Origin: Mobula birostris
Lineage: Eukaryota
Length of the DNA: 64,000 nt
NCBI RefSeq assembly: GCF_030028105.1
Contig: NC_092392.1
Location: 23,018,613-23,082,612 of the forward strand
Reading direction: 5' to 3'
Translations under genes and position numbers: made by a program
Part shown: piece by piece, positions 49,768 to 62,067 of the stretch
How positions within the stretch are numbered: position 1 is the first letter of the stretch
Layout of the letters: each line of letters starts with the position of its first letter
The notes under the pieces: model-generated
What the model saw: only the letters and a program-made list of their open reading frames with translations
Told to the model about the DNA's origin: nothing
Database searches by the model: none

Positions 49768-52700
49768 GAGTACAGGAATAGAGTGAGGTGGAGGATAAAT
49801 GCATGGCTGAGGGATTGGAGCAGGGGGTAGGGATTCAGATTTCTGGATCATTGGTACCTCTTTTCGGGTAAGAGTGACCTGTACAAAAAGGACAAGTTGC
49901 ACTTGAATACCAGGGGGAACCAATATACTGGTGGGGAGGTTTGCTAAGGCTATTGGGGAGAGTTTAAACTAGGATTGTTGGGGGGTGGGAATCAAACTGA
50001 AGAGACGGAGGAAGAGGCAGTTGGTTCATAAATAGAGAAAGCTTGGAGATAGTGTGAGAGGGAGGATAAGCAGGTGATAGAGAAGGGATGTGCTAGGACT
50101 GATGGCCTGAGATGTGTTGATTTTAATGCAAGGAGTATTATGAACAAAGTGGGTGAGCTTAGAGTGTGGATCAGTACTTGGAGCTCTGATGTTGTGGCTA
50201 TTACAGAGACTCGGATAGCTCAGGGGCAGGAATAGTTACTTCGAGTGCCAGGTTTCAGATGTTTCAGAAAGGACAGGGAGGGAGGCAAAAGAGATGGGGG
50301 CATGGCATTGTTGATCAGAGATAGTATCATAGCTGCAGAAAAGGAGGAAGTCATGGATGGAATATCTACGGAGTCTCTATGGGTAGAAGTTAGGAACAAG
50401 AAGGAGTCAATAACTCGACTGGGTGTTTTTTATAGACCACCCAATAGTAACGGGGACATCGGGGAACAGATAGAGAGACAGGTTCTGGAAAGGTGTAATA
50501 ATAACAGGGTTGTCATGGTGGGAGATTTTAACTTCCCAAATATCGATTGGCATGTCCCTATAGCAAGGGGTTCAGATGGGATAGGGTTTCTTCGATGTGT
50601 TCAAGAAGGATTCTTGACTCAATATATAGATAAGCCTACAAGAAGAGAGGCTGTACTTGATCTGATATTGGGAAATGAACCTGGTCAGGTGTCAGATCTC
50701 TCAATGGGAGAACATTTTGGAGATCGTGATAACAATTCCTTATAACAACTCCTATAGCATTTGAGAGGGATAGGAACAGACAAGTTAGGAAAGTGTTTAA
50801 TTGGAGTAAGGGGAAATATGAACTTATCAGGCAGCAACTTGGAAGCATAAATTGGGAAGAGATGTTCTCAGGGAAATGCACAGAAATGTGGCGAATGTTC
50901 AGGGGATATTTACATGGAGTTCTGCATAGGTACATTCCAATGAGACAGGGAAAGGATGGTAGGGTACAGAACCTTGGTGTACAAAGGCTGTTGTAAATCT
51001 AGTCAAGAAGAAAAGAAGAGCTTACGAAAGGTTAAAAAAACAAGTAATGACAGAGATCTAGAAGCTTATAAGGCTACCAGGAAGGAGCTTAAGAAAGAAA
51101 TTAGGAGAAACAGAGGGGCCATGAGAAGGCCTTGGTAGACAGGATTAAGGAAAATCCCAAGACATTCTACAAGTATGTGAAGAGCAAGAGGATAAGACAT
51201 GAGAGAATAGGACCAATCAAATGTGACAGTGGAAAAGAGTGCATGGAACCGGAGGAGATAGCAGAGGTACTTAATGAGTACATTGCTTCAGAATTCACTA
51301 TGGAAAAGGATCTTGGCAATTGTAGGGATGACTTACAGCGGACTGAAAAGCTTGAGCATGTAGCTATTAAGAAAGAGGATATGCTGGAGCTTTTGGAAAG
51401 CACCAAATTGGATAAGTCACCGGGACCGGACGAGATGTACCCCAGGCGATTGTGGGAGGCGAGGAAGGAGATTGCTCAGCTTCTGCCGATGATCTTTGCA
51501 TCATCAATGGGGACGGGGGAGGTTCCGGAGGATTGGAGGGTTGTGGATGTTGTTCCATTATTCAAGAAAAGGAGTAGAAATAGCCCAGGAAATATGACAG
51601 TGGTTGGTAAGTTGATGGAGAAGATCCTGAGAAGCAGGATTTATGAACATTTGGAGAGGCATTATATGATTAGGAATAGTCACCATGGTTTTGTGAAGGG
51701 CAGGTCGTGCCTTGTGAGCCTGATTGAGTTTTTTGAGGATGTGGCTAAACACATTCATGAAGGTAGAGCAATAGATGTAGTGTCTGTGGATTTCAGCAAG
51801 GCATTTGACAAGGTACCCCATGTAAGGGTTATTGAGAAAATGACGAGGTATGGGATCCAAGGGGACATTGCTTTGTGGACCCAGAACTGGCTTGCCCACA
51901 GAAGGCAAAGAGTGGTTGTAGACCGGTCATATTCTGCATGGACATCGGTCACCAATGGTGTGCCTCAGGGATCTGTTCTGGGACCCCTACTCTTTGTGAT
52001 TTTTATAAATGACCTGGATGAAAAAGTGGAGGATGGGTTAGTAAATTTGCTGATGACACAAAGGTTGGAGATGTTGTGGACAGTGTGGAGGGCTATCAGA
52101 GGTTACAGCTGACATTAATAGGATGCAAAACTGGGCTGAGGAGTGGCAGATGGAGCTCAACCCAGATAAGTGTGATGTGGTTCATTTTGGTAGGTCAAAT
52201 AAGATGACATAATATAATATTAATGGTAAGACTCTTGGCAGTGTGGCGGATCAGAGGGATCTTTGCGTCCGAGTCCATAGGACACTCAAAGCTGCTGCAC
52301 AGGTTGACTCTGTGGTTAAGAAAATATACAGTGCATTGGCCTTCATCAATCGTTGGATTGAGTTTAAGAGCCAAGAGGTAATGTTGCAGCTGCAGAGGAC
52401 CCTGGTCAGACCCAACTTGGAGTATTGTGCTCAGTTCTGGTCTCCTCACTATAGGAAGGATGTGGAAACCATAGAAAGGGTGCAGAGGAAATATACAAGG
52501 ATATTTCCTGGATTGGGGAGCATGCCTTATGAGAATAGGTTGAGTGAACTCGGCCTTTTTTCCTTGGAGCGACGGAGGATGAGAGGTGACCTGATAGATG
52601 TGTATAAGATGATGAGAGGCAATAAACGTATGGATACTCAGAGGCTGAAATGGCTAGCACGAGAGGGCAGAGTTTTAAGGTGCTTGGAAATAGGTACAGA

Positions 52701-52945
52701 GGAAATGTCAGGACTAAGTATTTTATGCAGAGAGTGGTGAGTGCGTGGAATGGGCTGCAGGCGATGGTGGTGGAGGCGGATACGATAGGGTCTTTTCAAA
52801 GACTCCTGGACAGTTACATGGAGCTCAGAAAAATAGAGGGCTATGTGTAAACCTGGGTAATTTCTAAGGTAAGGACATGTTCAGCACAGCTTTGTAGGCC
52901 GAGAGGCTTGTATTGTGCTGTATGTTTTCTATGTTTCTATGTTTC
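49768..52945 (+). mobile_element. Large CR1 LINE (end of ORF1 plus decayed ORF2)
   Basis: EN: GVFYRPPN, VGDFNFPNIDW, LDLILGNE. RT: KSPGPD, QHGF-like [35 protein letters not shown]-terminus LVRPNLEYCAQFWSPHY. (TTCTATGT)n tail. Frameshifted. Confidence 0.95.
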
Positions 52946-53025
52946 TCTCAACCTCATTCTCCTACGTACTCCCCATAATCTTTGACACTCTTACAAAGTA
53001 AGAACCTTTCAACCTTCACTTTAAG

Positions 53026-53597
53026 TATACTCAGTGGCCACTTCATTAGATATACCTGTACACTTGCCCATTATTGCAAATATCATTAGCCAATCATATG
53101 GCAGCAATTCAAAGCATAAAAACATGCTGACATGGTCAAGAGGTTGAGTTGTTGTTCAGGACAAATATTAGAATGGGAAAAGTGTGATTTAAGTGACTTC
53201 GACCGTGGAATGATTGTTGGTGCCAGACAGGGTGGTTTGCATATCTCAGAAACTGCTGATCTCCTGGGATTTTCACACACAACAATCTCTAGAGCTTACA
53301 GTGAATGGTGCATAGAATAAAATCATTCAGTGAGCAGCAGTTCTGTGAGTGAAAATCTGTTTTTAATGGGAGAGGTCAGAGGGTAATGGCCAGACTGTTT
53401 CAAGCTGACAGGAAAGTGACAGTAACTCAAGTAACCATGTGTTACAACAGTGTTATGCAGAAGAGCATCTCGGAACACACAACGCATCAAACCTTATAGC
53501 GAATGTGCTACAGCAGAAGAAGACAACAAACATACTGTACAGTCAGTGGCCACTTTATAGTTACTGGAGGTACCTTATAACATGATTACTGCGTGTA
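53026..53597 (+). mobile_element. Non-autonomous Tc1-derived element (complete copy)
   Basis: KCDLSDFDRGMIVGARQGGLHISETADLLGFSHTTISRAYSEW; TIRs with a doubled right end. Confidence 0.9.
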
Positions 53598-53834
53598 TGT
53601 CAGGAAGCATTCAGAACCTGACAGTGTACACTTAACTGAAGAAACATAAGATATTTGTCTTTTGTTTCTTCAGTTAAATCTACCAGGTTCATTCCCTTCT
53701 CCCTCATTTCTTTCTCCAGTCTGCCTTAAGCACATGTCCATTATGTTTCCCATCACTTGTTTGATTACTATTTTCTGTATTCCCAACTGGATTTCTTTGT
53801 GACCATTTTCTTGGCTTCCTGTTCTAATCTTACT

Positions 53835-54060
53835 TTATTTTATTTAGAGATACAGTACGGTAACAAGCCCTTCCTGCCCACTTACATTCAACGTGACCAA
53901 TTAGCCAACTAACCCTTTGGAATGGGGGATGAAACCAGAGCACCCAGAGGAAACCCATGTGGATACAGGGAAAATATACAGACATCTCTCATTCAGTGGT
54001 GGGAACACAACCCGGGTGCTGTAATAGCATTACACTAATCACTGTGCTACCATGCCACCC
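53835..54060 (-). mobile_element. V-SINE/HE1-like SINE
   Basis: GAAACCAGAGCACCCAGAGGAAACCCATG, reverse of the V domain. Confidence 0.7.
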
Positions 54061-54204
54061 AAACTATTTCTTCATCCTCTTGTCAAGGCCTTTCAACACC
54101 ACTCTTTTTCTCAAAGATACCCCATGGCTGAAGTGCAATCCTCCACATCCCTTCCCAACCACCCGACATCCTGCTTATCTAGTTTTGTTTCATGCCGTAC
54201 TTAA

Positions 54205-55020
54205 GGCCATGAGACATCAGAGCAGAATTAGGCCTTTCAGGCCATTGCGTTTGCTCCGCCATTGCTCATGGGTCATTTCAAATGTCAAAGGTCAAAGTTC
54301 AAAGTTAATTAATTATCGAAGTACCTATACGTCACCAATAAAACCCTGAGATTTATTTTCATGTGAGCACACTCAATAAATATATCATAGAATAAAAACC
54401 ATCAGAAGAATCAAAGAAAAAGTCAGTAACAATTATAATAAAGTCAATAATCAGCTTCTTGGCCTTGCTGACATTGACTAAGAGGTTGTTGTTATGGCAC
54501 CACTCAGTGAGATTTTCAATTGCAGTTCCATTGATTATCCCTCCCTACCGCATTCTCCTGCCTTCTCACAACCTTTGACACCCTGATTAATCAAGAGACT
54601 ATCAACCTCCGCTTTAAATATACCCAATGGCATGGCCTTCACAGTCGTTCATGGCAATGAATTCCACAGGTTCACCACCTTCTGGCTAAAGAAATTCCTC
54701 CTCATCTCTCTTCTAAAGGTATGTCCCTCTGTTCTGAGTATATGCCCTTTGGTCCTGGACTCTCCCTGGTATAAGAAACATCCTTTCCACATCCACTCTT
54801 TTTAGGCCTCTTAACATTTGACAGGATTGAATAAGATCCCTTTGATTCTATTAAACTTTAGTTAGTATAGGCCCAGAGCCATCAAATGTTCCTCATACAT
54901 TAGCCCTTTCTTTCCTGTAATCATTCTCATGAACCTCTTCTGCATCCTTTCCAATGCCAGCACATCCTTTCTTATGTAAGGGACCTAAACTACTCACAAT
55001 ACTTCAAGTTCAGTCTGATC
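54205..55020 (-). mobile_element. CR1 3' fragment with nested Rex/Babar-like piece
   Basis: Same subfamily as 3832-4400; interrupted at about 54280-54520. Confidence 0.75.
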
Positions 55021-55056
55021 ACTGCCTTATAAAGCCTCAACTTACAAAAAGACAGT

Positions 55057-57565
55057 TGAAGTTCAAAGTTCAAAGTAAATTTATTATCACAGTACACAAA
55101 TCTGAGATTCATTTTCCTACGCGCATTCACAATAGGTACAAAAAACACCATAGAATCAATGAAAAACTACACACCAAGACAAACAACCCATATGCAAAGG
55201 ACAACAAGCTGTGCAAATACAAATAATATTAATAATAATGATATTGACTACCAACAAGCATTTGATTCTGTCCCACACTGATGGTTAATAGAAGTTCCTA
55301 ATATATATAAACTATACCCAATACTCATGAAATTCCTGCAACATCTGATGTGCATTGGCGTACTATAATCACCCTATCTATTAACAACCAAAAATGAACA
55401 ACCACCATTATCAAAATAAACCAAGACATTTACCAAGGTGATTCTTTGAGTCCTCTATGGTTCTGTTTAGCTTTAAACCCGCTCTCTAATTTACTGAATC
55501 AGACATAAATTGGGTATCAAATCAGAAGCAACAAAATAAGCTATACCTTAACACATTTCTATCCATGGATGGTTTGAAATTATATGCTCCTTTATCAGTT
55601 AAGCTTTTTTCAAAAGATATAAACATGAACTTTGGACTGGATAAATGCAGAACATTATACACAAAGAAAGGCGCAATTGAGTTTATAGAATACAAAACAG
55701 AGCAGCAGGATACAATGCAACTGATGGATCAATATGAAACATATAAGTCACTGGGACAGCAACAAATAAAAAAAAGGATCATAGTGAGATCAAGGAAAAA
55801 CTTTTGACCGAGTTTACTTCAACGCCTAAGAAAGTCAGTTAACCAGAGCACAACAGTAAAAACATAACAAAGGCAATAAATACTTTCATGATATCTGTAT
55901 TAACGTATTCTTTTGGTCCAAAACTGATCTGCAAAACCTGCAGAGAAAAATGACTGAAATGACAAATTTCAGAAAACATTATGTACATTTGAATGTTGCT
56001 TAGATTAACACTACCTAAGACGGAAGGGGGAAGAGGAATAACAGTCATTAAAAATCTACACAACAGTCAGATAAAACTTCTAAGGATATACTTTCATCAA
56101 TGAAAACAGGATTCACCAATTCATGCCAGCAAATGCATTTCTGATAAGTATACACCACTAAACTTAAATGAGAGCACAACCCAGAAAAATGGCATTATAA
56201 CTATTAAAGAAAAAGATAACCAATGGAAGAACATGATCCTCCAATGATGACATCAACACAATCTGAGCAGACTAGATGTCAACATAGAAGCTTCGAACAC
56301 CTGACTCAACATTGGAGACCTCTTCCCAGAAACAGAAGGCTTCCTTGTGGCAATACAGGACCACACAGTTAACGCAAAAAAAATCAAAAATATGTAATAA
56401 AAGACCAAAAAAGTCAAGATGATAAATGTAGAAAATGCTTAGAAAAACCAGAAACAATCTAACACGTTATAGGATCCTGTAGCAATTTTACACAAACTGA
56501 TTAATTACACAGGCACAATCAAATGGCAATTATTATTCATTAAAATCTCACTTTAAAATACAAACTCATAAATTAAATCATACTTTACTATAAATACAAG
56601 CCACAAATTATATTATTACTGATCACTTATTACAGTTAGAACAATCCATAATAACCATTTGGATATAATAACACAGGACAAACAAGAACAATTTATTTAA
56701 TAGATATAGCCATCCCAAACACACATAACTTACAAAATTCAGTAAGTGAAAAACACCAGAAATATGCTGAATTAAAAGAGGAAGTAGAAAGATTTTGGAA
56801 CATGAACTGTGTAGACATTGTCCCGATAGTAATATCTATAACTGGTATCACCCAAAGTCACAACACAATAGCATTAAATGATTAGGGCTACACAGTAATA
56901 TCTATGTAAATCTTCAGAAAGCCACAATACTAAACGCCACCAGAATAGTCCAAAAGTGCCTAGCAATTGAAAAATGAGGATGCTTGGCTAAGCCCGCACC
57001 TCAGGCTTTACTAGCTTCAGCTGAGAAAAAATAAGATAATTATAATAAACAAATAAGAAAAAAATATCAAGCACATGAGGTGAAGAGTCCATAGTTTATG
57101 GGAACAATTCAGTGATGGAGTGAATGAAATTGAGTGAATTTATCCCTTCTGGTTCAAGAGCCCGATGACTGAGGGTTAATAATTATTCCTGAACCTGGTA
57201 GCGTGGGTGCTGAGGCTGTTATACTTTGTTCCTGATGGTAGCAGTGAGAAGAGAGCACGGCCTGGATGGTGGAGGTTCTTGATGATGGATGATGCTTTCC
57301 TCCGATATTGCTCCTTGTAAATGTGTTCAGTGGTGGGAAGGGCATTATCCATGATGGACTGGACTATAACCATAACTTTTTGTAGGCTTTTCCATTCTGG
57401 GGCATTTGTAATGCAGCCAGTCAATGTACTCTCCATGACACATTTATAGAAGTCTGTCAAAGTTTTAGATATCATGCTGAATCTTTGCAAACTTCTAAGG
57501 AAGTAGAGGCACTGCTGTGTTTTATTTGTAATGACACTTATATGCTGCACCTAGGGCTGATCCTT
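55057..57565 (-). mobile_element. Rex/Babar-like LINE 3' part (host of the R4-type insertion)
   Basis: Minus ORF 57176-57550 KTQQCLYFLRSL...HPGRALFSLLPSG...HATRFRNNY; its 3' UTR continues at 55057-55240. Confidence 0.8.
55241..57031 (+). mobile_element. 5'-truncated R4/Dong-type (restriction-like endonuclease) LINE, decayed
   Basis: IDYQQAFDSVPH, IYQGDSLSPLWFCLAL, MDGLKLYA, FGLDKC, LPKTEGGRGI, ETEGFLVAIQD, Cys-knuckle remnant then RHNQ, LIDIAIP, KYAELKEE, VPIVISITGI, LQKATILN. Confidence 0.88.
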
Positions 57566-58304
57566 TGATATGACATACAAAGATGTGACTGTTAACAGGT
57601 ACAAGGTAAAAATTGGTCAATAAATTGGAACAGCAATTGGGATTTAATAGTCTGCTTTCGGCATTCCCCAGATTTGAAGCTGAAGTGGCTTGGGGATGAT
57701 TTACACCATCTTAATATTTGGTCAGTTTGGCAATTCATTGTCAGGAAAACAGTAGTACTTGATTTTCTGTGTTGACAAAATGATAACACCTTTTCTCTGA
57801 AAATTGCATGGTGTAAAAGATAATACAATGTGTATTTGCTGACATCTACTGACTAATCATGGTTATTACATCAATGGGCCTGTTGATGAAATGAGTGTCT
57901 TAGAGGGAAAGGGTTCAGAGGTCTCTTAATGTGTTGTGTTGAATAAGCAACTCCATCGCTGGTAGTACTACGAATGTTCAAATACATATTACATCTCAAT
58001 TGGCATTGGAGCTAAAGAGCTGAAACAAGCAAATACAAATAAACTACACAAGATCTGAAAAGTCTGTTTGCTGAATTTATTACTCAGGTTACATTAGGTT
58101 GGGAAGAACAAAGGCTGACAGCTTTACTGTTGCAGTGTGAACCACAGCTTCTGATGAAATCTTTGACTTTGGTTCTATTTATATAAATTTGCTACAATAT
58201 CATGTGAGGGATTTCATTCTATTTTGAGTCGGTTGTTCTATTAGACTCTAAATCCCATCCTATGAACTATGTAGACACACAAAAGTACACGCATACACAA
58301 GAAC

Positions 58305-58305
58305 A

Positions 58306-58376
<71 letters not shown>
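58305..58376. repeat. Compound (CT)n(CA)n microsatellite
   Basis: Directly visible. Confidence 0.95.
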
Positions 58377-58378
<2 letters not shown>

Positions 58379-58387
58379 ACACTGACA

Positions 58388-58803
58388 TACACTCAGTGGC
58401 CACTTTACTCGATTCACCAGCACACTTGCTCATTAATACAAATATCTAATCAGCCAATCATATTTTATGCAATTCAAAGCGTAAAAGCATACATGCATGA
58501 TCCAGAGGTTTAGGTGTGTTCAGAACAAATACAAAATGGGGGAAACAGTGATTTAAGTGACTTTGACCATGGTGGTGCCAGATAGGATGGTTTGAATATC
58601 TCAGAAACTGCAGCTCCTAGGATTGTCACGCACAACAATCTCCAGGGTTTGCAGAGAATGGTATGAAAAACCAAAAAAAAAAATCGGTGTGCAGCAGTTT
58701 TGTCGGCAAAAAAGTCTTGTTAATGAGCGAGGTCAGAGGAGAATGGCCAGATTTGTTCAAGCTAACAGGAAGGTGATAGTAACTCAAATAATCATACGTT
58801 ACA
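58388..58803 (+). mobile_element. Non-autonomous Tc1-derived element, right end missing
   Basis: Left TIR; SRTTISRVCREWYEK...RRMARFVQANRKVIVTQII, then an abrupt switch to Gypsy sequence. Confidence 0.85.
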
Positions 58804-61765
58804 TTAAAGGACTCATATGTTTTGTTCACAACATCCTATATTGGTGTCCCCGATACTCTCAGGTGATTCCAGAGTCACTCAACAACACGTTGACCAATGC
58901 TTTGAAGCTGTCAGAGTTTTGGAAGCAGCATTCTATATTGTGGTTTGCACAGACAGAAACCCAGTTCATGCTGTGAGAAATCACCGCGGACAATGCAATA
59001 CCAAAGTTTACTACGTCATAGCATTGCTAAGTGGTTCCACTGCAGCCAGAGTGGTGAGTCCCACTGGAAGACCCTCTAAAAACTCAACTTTTACAGACTT
59101 GTGGATTGTTTGAGTCTGTGTGCACCAAATAGTTGCTCTTCATACCCGGCCTGGATGATACTAGGCCTTCAGAGCTAATGGATCACATGCTATCTCTCCT
59201 GGGCAATCACCATCCTTGTTTATTTTTTAAAGAACTCTTCATGCAACAAGTGACTGATTAAGTTCACATAGCCCTCACTAATGCACCCATGAAGGACTAA
59301 TGGGAGCTTGCTAAAATGGCCCATGGTCTACATTCTCCCAGGCAGAATTACATTATTCCTCCTCCTTTCTCTGTCTCATTAAACCTTGTCAGAAGAGCCT
59401 CCAACAGTCTCATGCCCACGGCTCCAAACCAGACAACACAGGGTCTATGTTGCCACGCACGCTTTGGCATGAACGCCAAGAAATGAGAACCGCCATGCAC
59501 CTTCAATAGTACCAATACATCAAAAAATGGAGGTCTGTGAACACCATGGGTTTCAGCTGCCAGGGTTGTCTATTGAGCGATGGACCCTCGCTGGAGGCCG
59601 CCAGTGGCAGCAGGATCCAGACTTGTGGGATATGACACATATTGCTCTGCTTCTGTTGACAACATTGCACAAGGGAATTTGTCTTGGCTAAAGTTGCTAG
59701 ACCTCTACTCAGCGCAGATTTCCTGTGAACCAAAGGACTGTTAGTCAATCTTAAGAACTGCCAGCTTGTGGACGCAAAGGACTTTGGGTCACTACCCATA
59801 CTCCCAGTAAGTCCCCTACGACAACTCTGCCTATACATGCATGACCACATGTGAATTCAGTCCCCTGTTGAGTGAATTCCCAACCTTCACCAAGCCTACA
59901 TCTTCCACTACAGCCATAAAGCATGGGGTCGAGCACCACACTTCCACAACTGGCTCACGGGTCCATAGGCTGGACTCAGAAAAGCTGGCCAGTGCAAAGG
60001 CTGAGTTTGCTAACATGGAGAAGCCTGGTATTGTACGTAGGTCAAATAGCCCTTGAGTGTCAGCCTTTCACATTGTCTCTGAGCCTGATGGTAGTTGCCA
60101 TCCTTGCAACAATTACCACTGCCTTAATGAGGCCGCCACCTCTGATCGTACCCAATGCCAACATTCAAGACTTTTTGGCATGCTTAGCTGGAAAGATCAT
60201 GTTTTTCTAAAGTGGGCTTACTCATGGGCTGCCATCAGGTGCCTGTGTGCACAGAGGACATTCCCAAATCAGCTACTATCACTCCATTTGGCTTAATTGA
60301 GTATTTGCGCATACCGTTTGAGCTGAAAAATGTGTCACAGACTTTCCAACAACTAATGTAATTTGTGTTAAAAGTCTTAGTTTTTATTTTTGTTTACCTG
60401 GATGACATACTTCTTGCCAGTGCAGCCAAAACCAAATACTATCACACTTCTGTACATTTTTCTAGTGTTTAAGCCAAGATGGGCTGATTATTAACCCAGC
60501 CAAATGCCATTTTGGATGGTCTACTATTGACTTTCTTGACCACTGCATCTGCGCAGAAGGTGTGACTCCCCACTGTCAAAAGTTGCCACTATAATGGACT
60601 TTCCACTGCCCTGCACTACAAAGCACTGCAATTGTTTTTAGGTATGGTGAACGTCTACCACCATTTTATGTTCCCCTAGCTAAGTGCTCTCAAAGGCAGT
60701 GCCCCTAATCACATGCTTGATGGTCAGCGGACATGATCAGAGCACTTGATGACACCACATTCTTTCGAACGCAACCCTACAGGTGTGCCAGCCTCCCAGT
60801 GCATCTATAGCCATCACTGCTGATGCTTCAGACTATGCTGTGGGTGCTGTGCATTTACAGTGGGTTGGAAGCGTGTGGCAGCTGCTTGCCTTTGTCAGCC
60901 AGCAGCTCTGTACACCCCCTCCCAAGACAAAATGCAGGACATTCAACCCTAAACTTCTCGATTCTCTATTTGGCTGTCTGCCATTTTCATTTTCTACTGG
61001 AGGGCCAGCATTTCACAACATTCATTGACCTTAAACCTCCTGTGTATGCAATGGCAAAAGCATCATGCCCTTTGTCTGCAGGGCAGGAACGTCACCTGGC
61101 CTACTTTTTGGAATTCACGACTGACATAAAGCACATCGAAGGGAAAAATAATACAGTGGCTGATTGCCTCTCACCATTCATGCTATACACATTGGGGTTG
61201 ACTATGCCAGCATGGCAGCCAACAAGCTACTGACGCAGAGTTCCAGCTTTACAGGCCTGATGCACGTCAACACCTCATTAAGCCCCCTTATGATGGTCCG
61301 TTCCACAGTTTAGAATGAGACGAAAGACTTTTATTGCAGATAGGAAGGTTATACCTGGATGTATTTCTGTAGCTAGCCTTAAACAGGCCTACCAAGCCCT
61401 GTGTGGTTCCACTACCATACCATCTGCATCACAACATGGCCACGTGCCTGGATGAGCCAGGGGTGCCTGCTGTTACTCTAACCAAGACACATAGGACCCG
61501 ATCCGGGTGGTTCATATGAGGGCCAGTTTTGGTGAACTCTGTAGGATAATGTAATGGGTAACAGATGACACATATTCTTCATGATAGAAACTGCTCTACA
61601 TAATTTACAAACACTATCACTGAGTTGTTGTGTCCACTTTAAGAGACGGTGTCTGATATAATGGCTTCAGTGTAAGTCTACTGCTTTTTGGGTTGTTCGT
61701 AACAGAAGTGAAGGGCTACTGCTTTTGTTAAGCACAATAAACAACTCTTGCTTGTTTTAGTCACA
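58804..61765 (+). mobile_element. Decayed Gypsy LTR retrotransposon (gag, RT, RNase H; integrase largely deleted; putative 3' LTR 61550-61765)
   Basis: PBS-like TGGTGTCCCCGA at 58842; gag ALKLSEFW...WFAQTETQF; YLDD at about 60395; ADASDYAVGAV; IEGKNNTVADCLS; TG...AATAAA...CA terminal segment. Confidence 0.88.
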
Positions 61766-61829
61766 AAAGCCTACACTCTCACATATACACATTTATACAC
61801 ACATATACAAACACACACACTTTAACATA

Positions 61830-62020
61830 GCCAGACAGTGGTGCACTGCACCAGACTTCGAGGCTAATGATCTCGGGTTTGAATTTGACCAGTTCCTTAA
61901 CCACTTTCCATCTGTGCTGGGTTGAGTGTCGAGCTAGCAATTCAGCCTCATGAAAAACAGACAAATGCTAAAGGGACAGTAAGTTTGCAGCCTGATAAAA
62001 ATACCATTCCAATGCAATTA
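61830..62020 (+). mobile_element. tRNA-derived SINE related to 15968-16180
   Basis: Shared core CTTTCCATC...GCTGGGTTGAGTGTCGAGCTAG. Confidence 0.7.
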
Positions 62021-62067
62021 AATGCATATGTACACAAACACCTGCAGAGATATGTATGCAACAAACA

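Noticed and set aside
51132-52112. 326-aa reverse transcriptase ORF as a functional or novel RT system
   Set aside because: It is an ordinary CR1 ORF2 piece, frameshifted on both sides, with the frame lost before the catalytic FADD motif.
58262-58513. ORFs with SLSL/HTHT low-complexity runs (also 39273-39524)
   Set aside because: These are translations of microsatellites.
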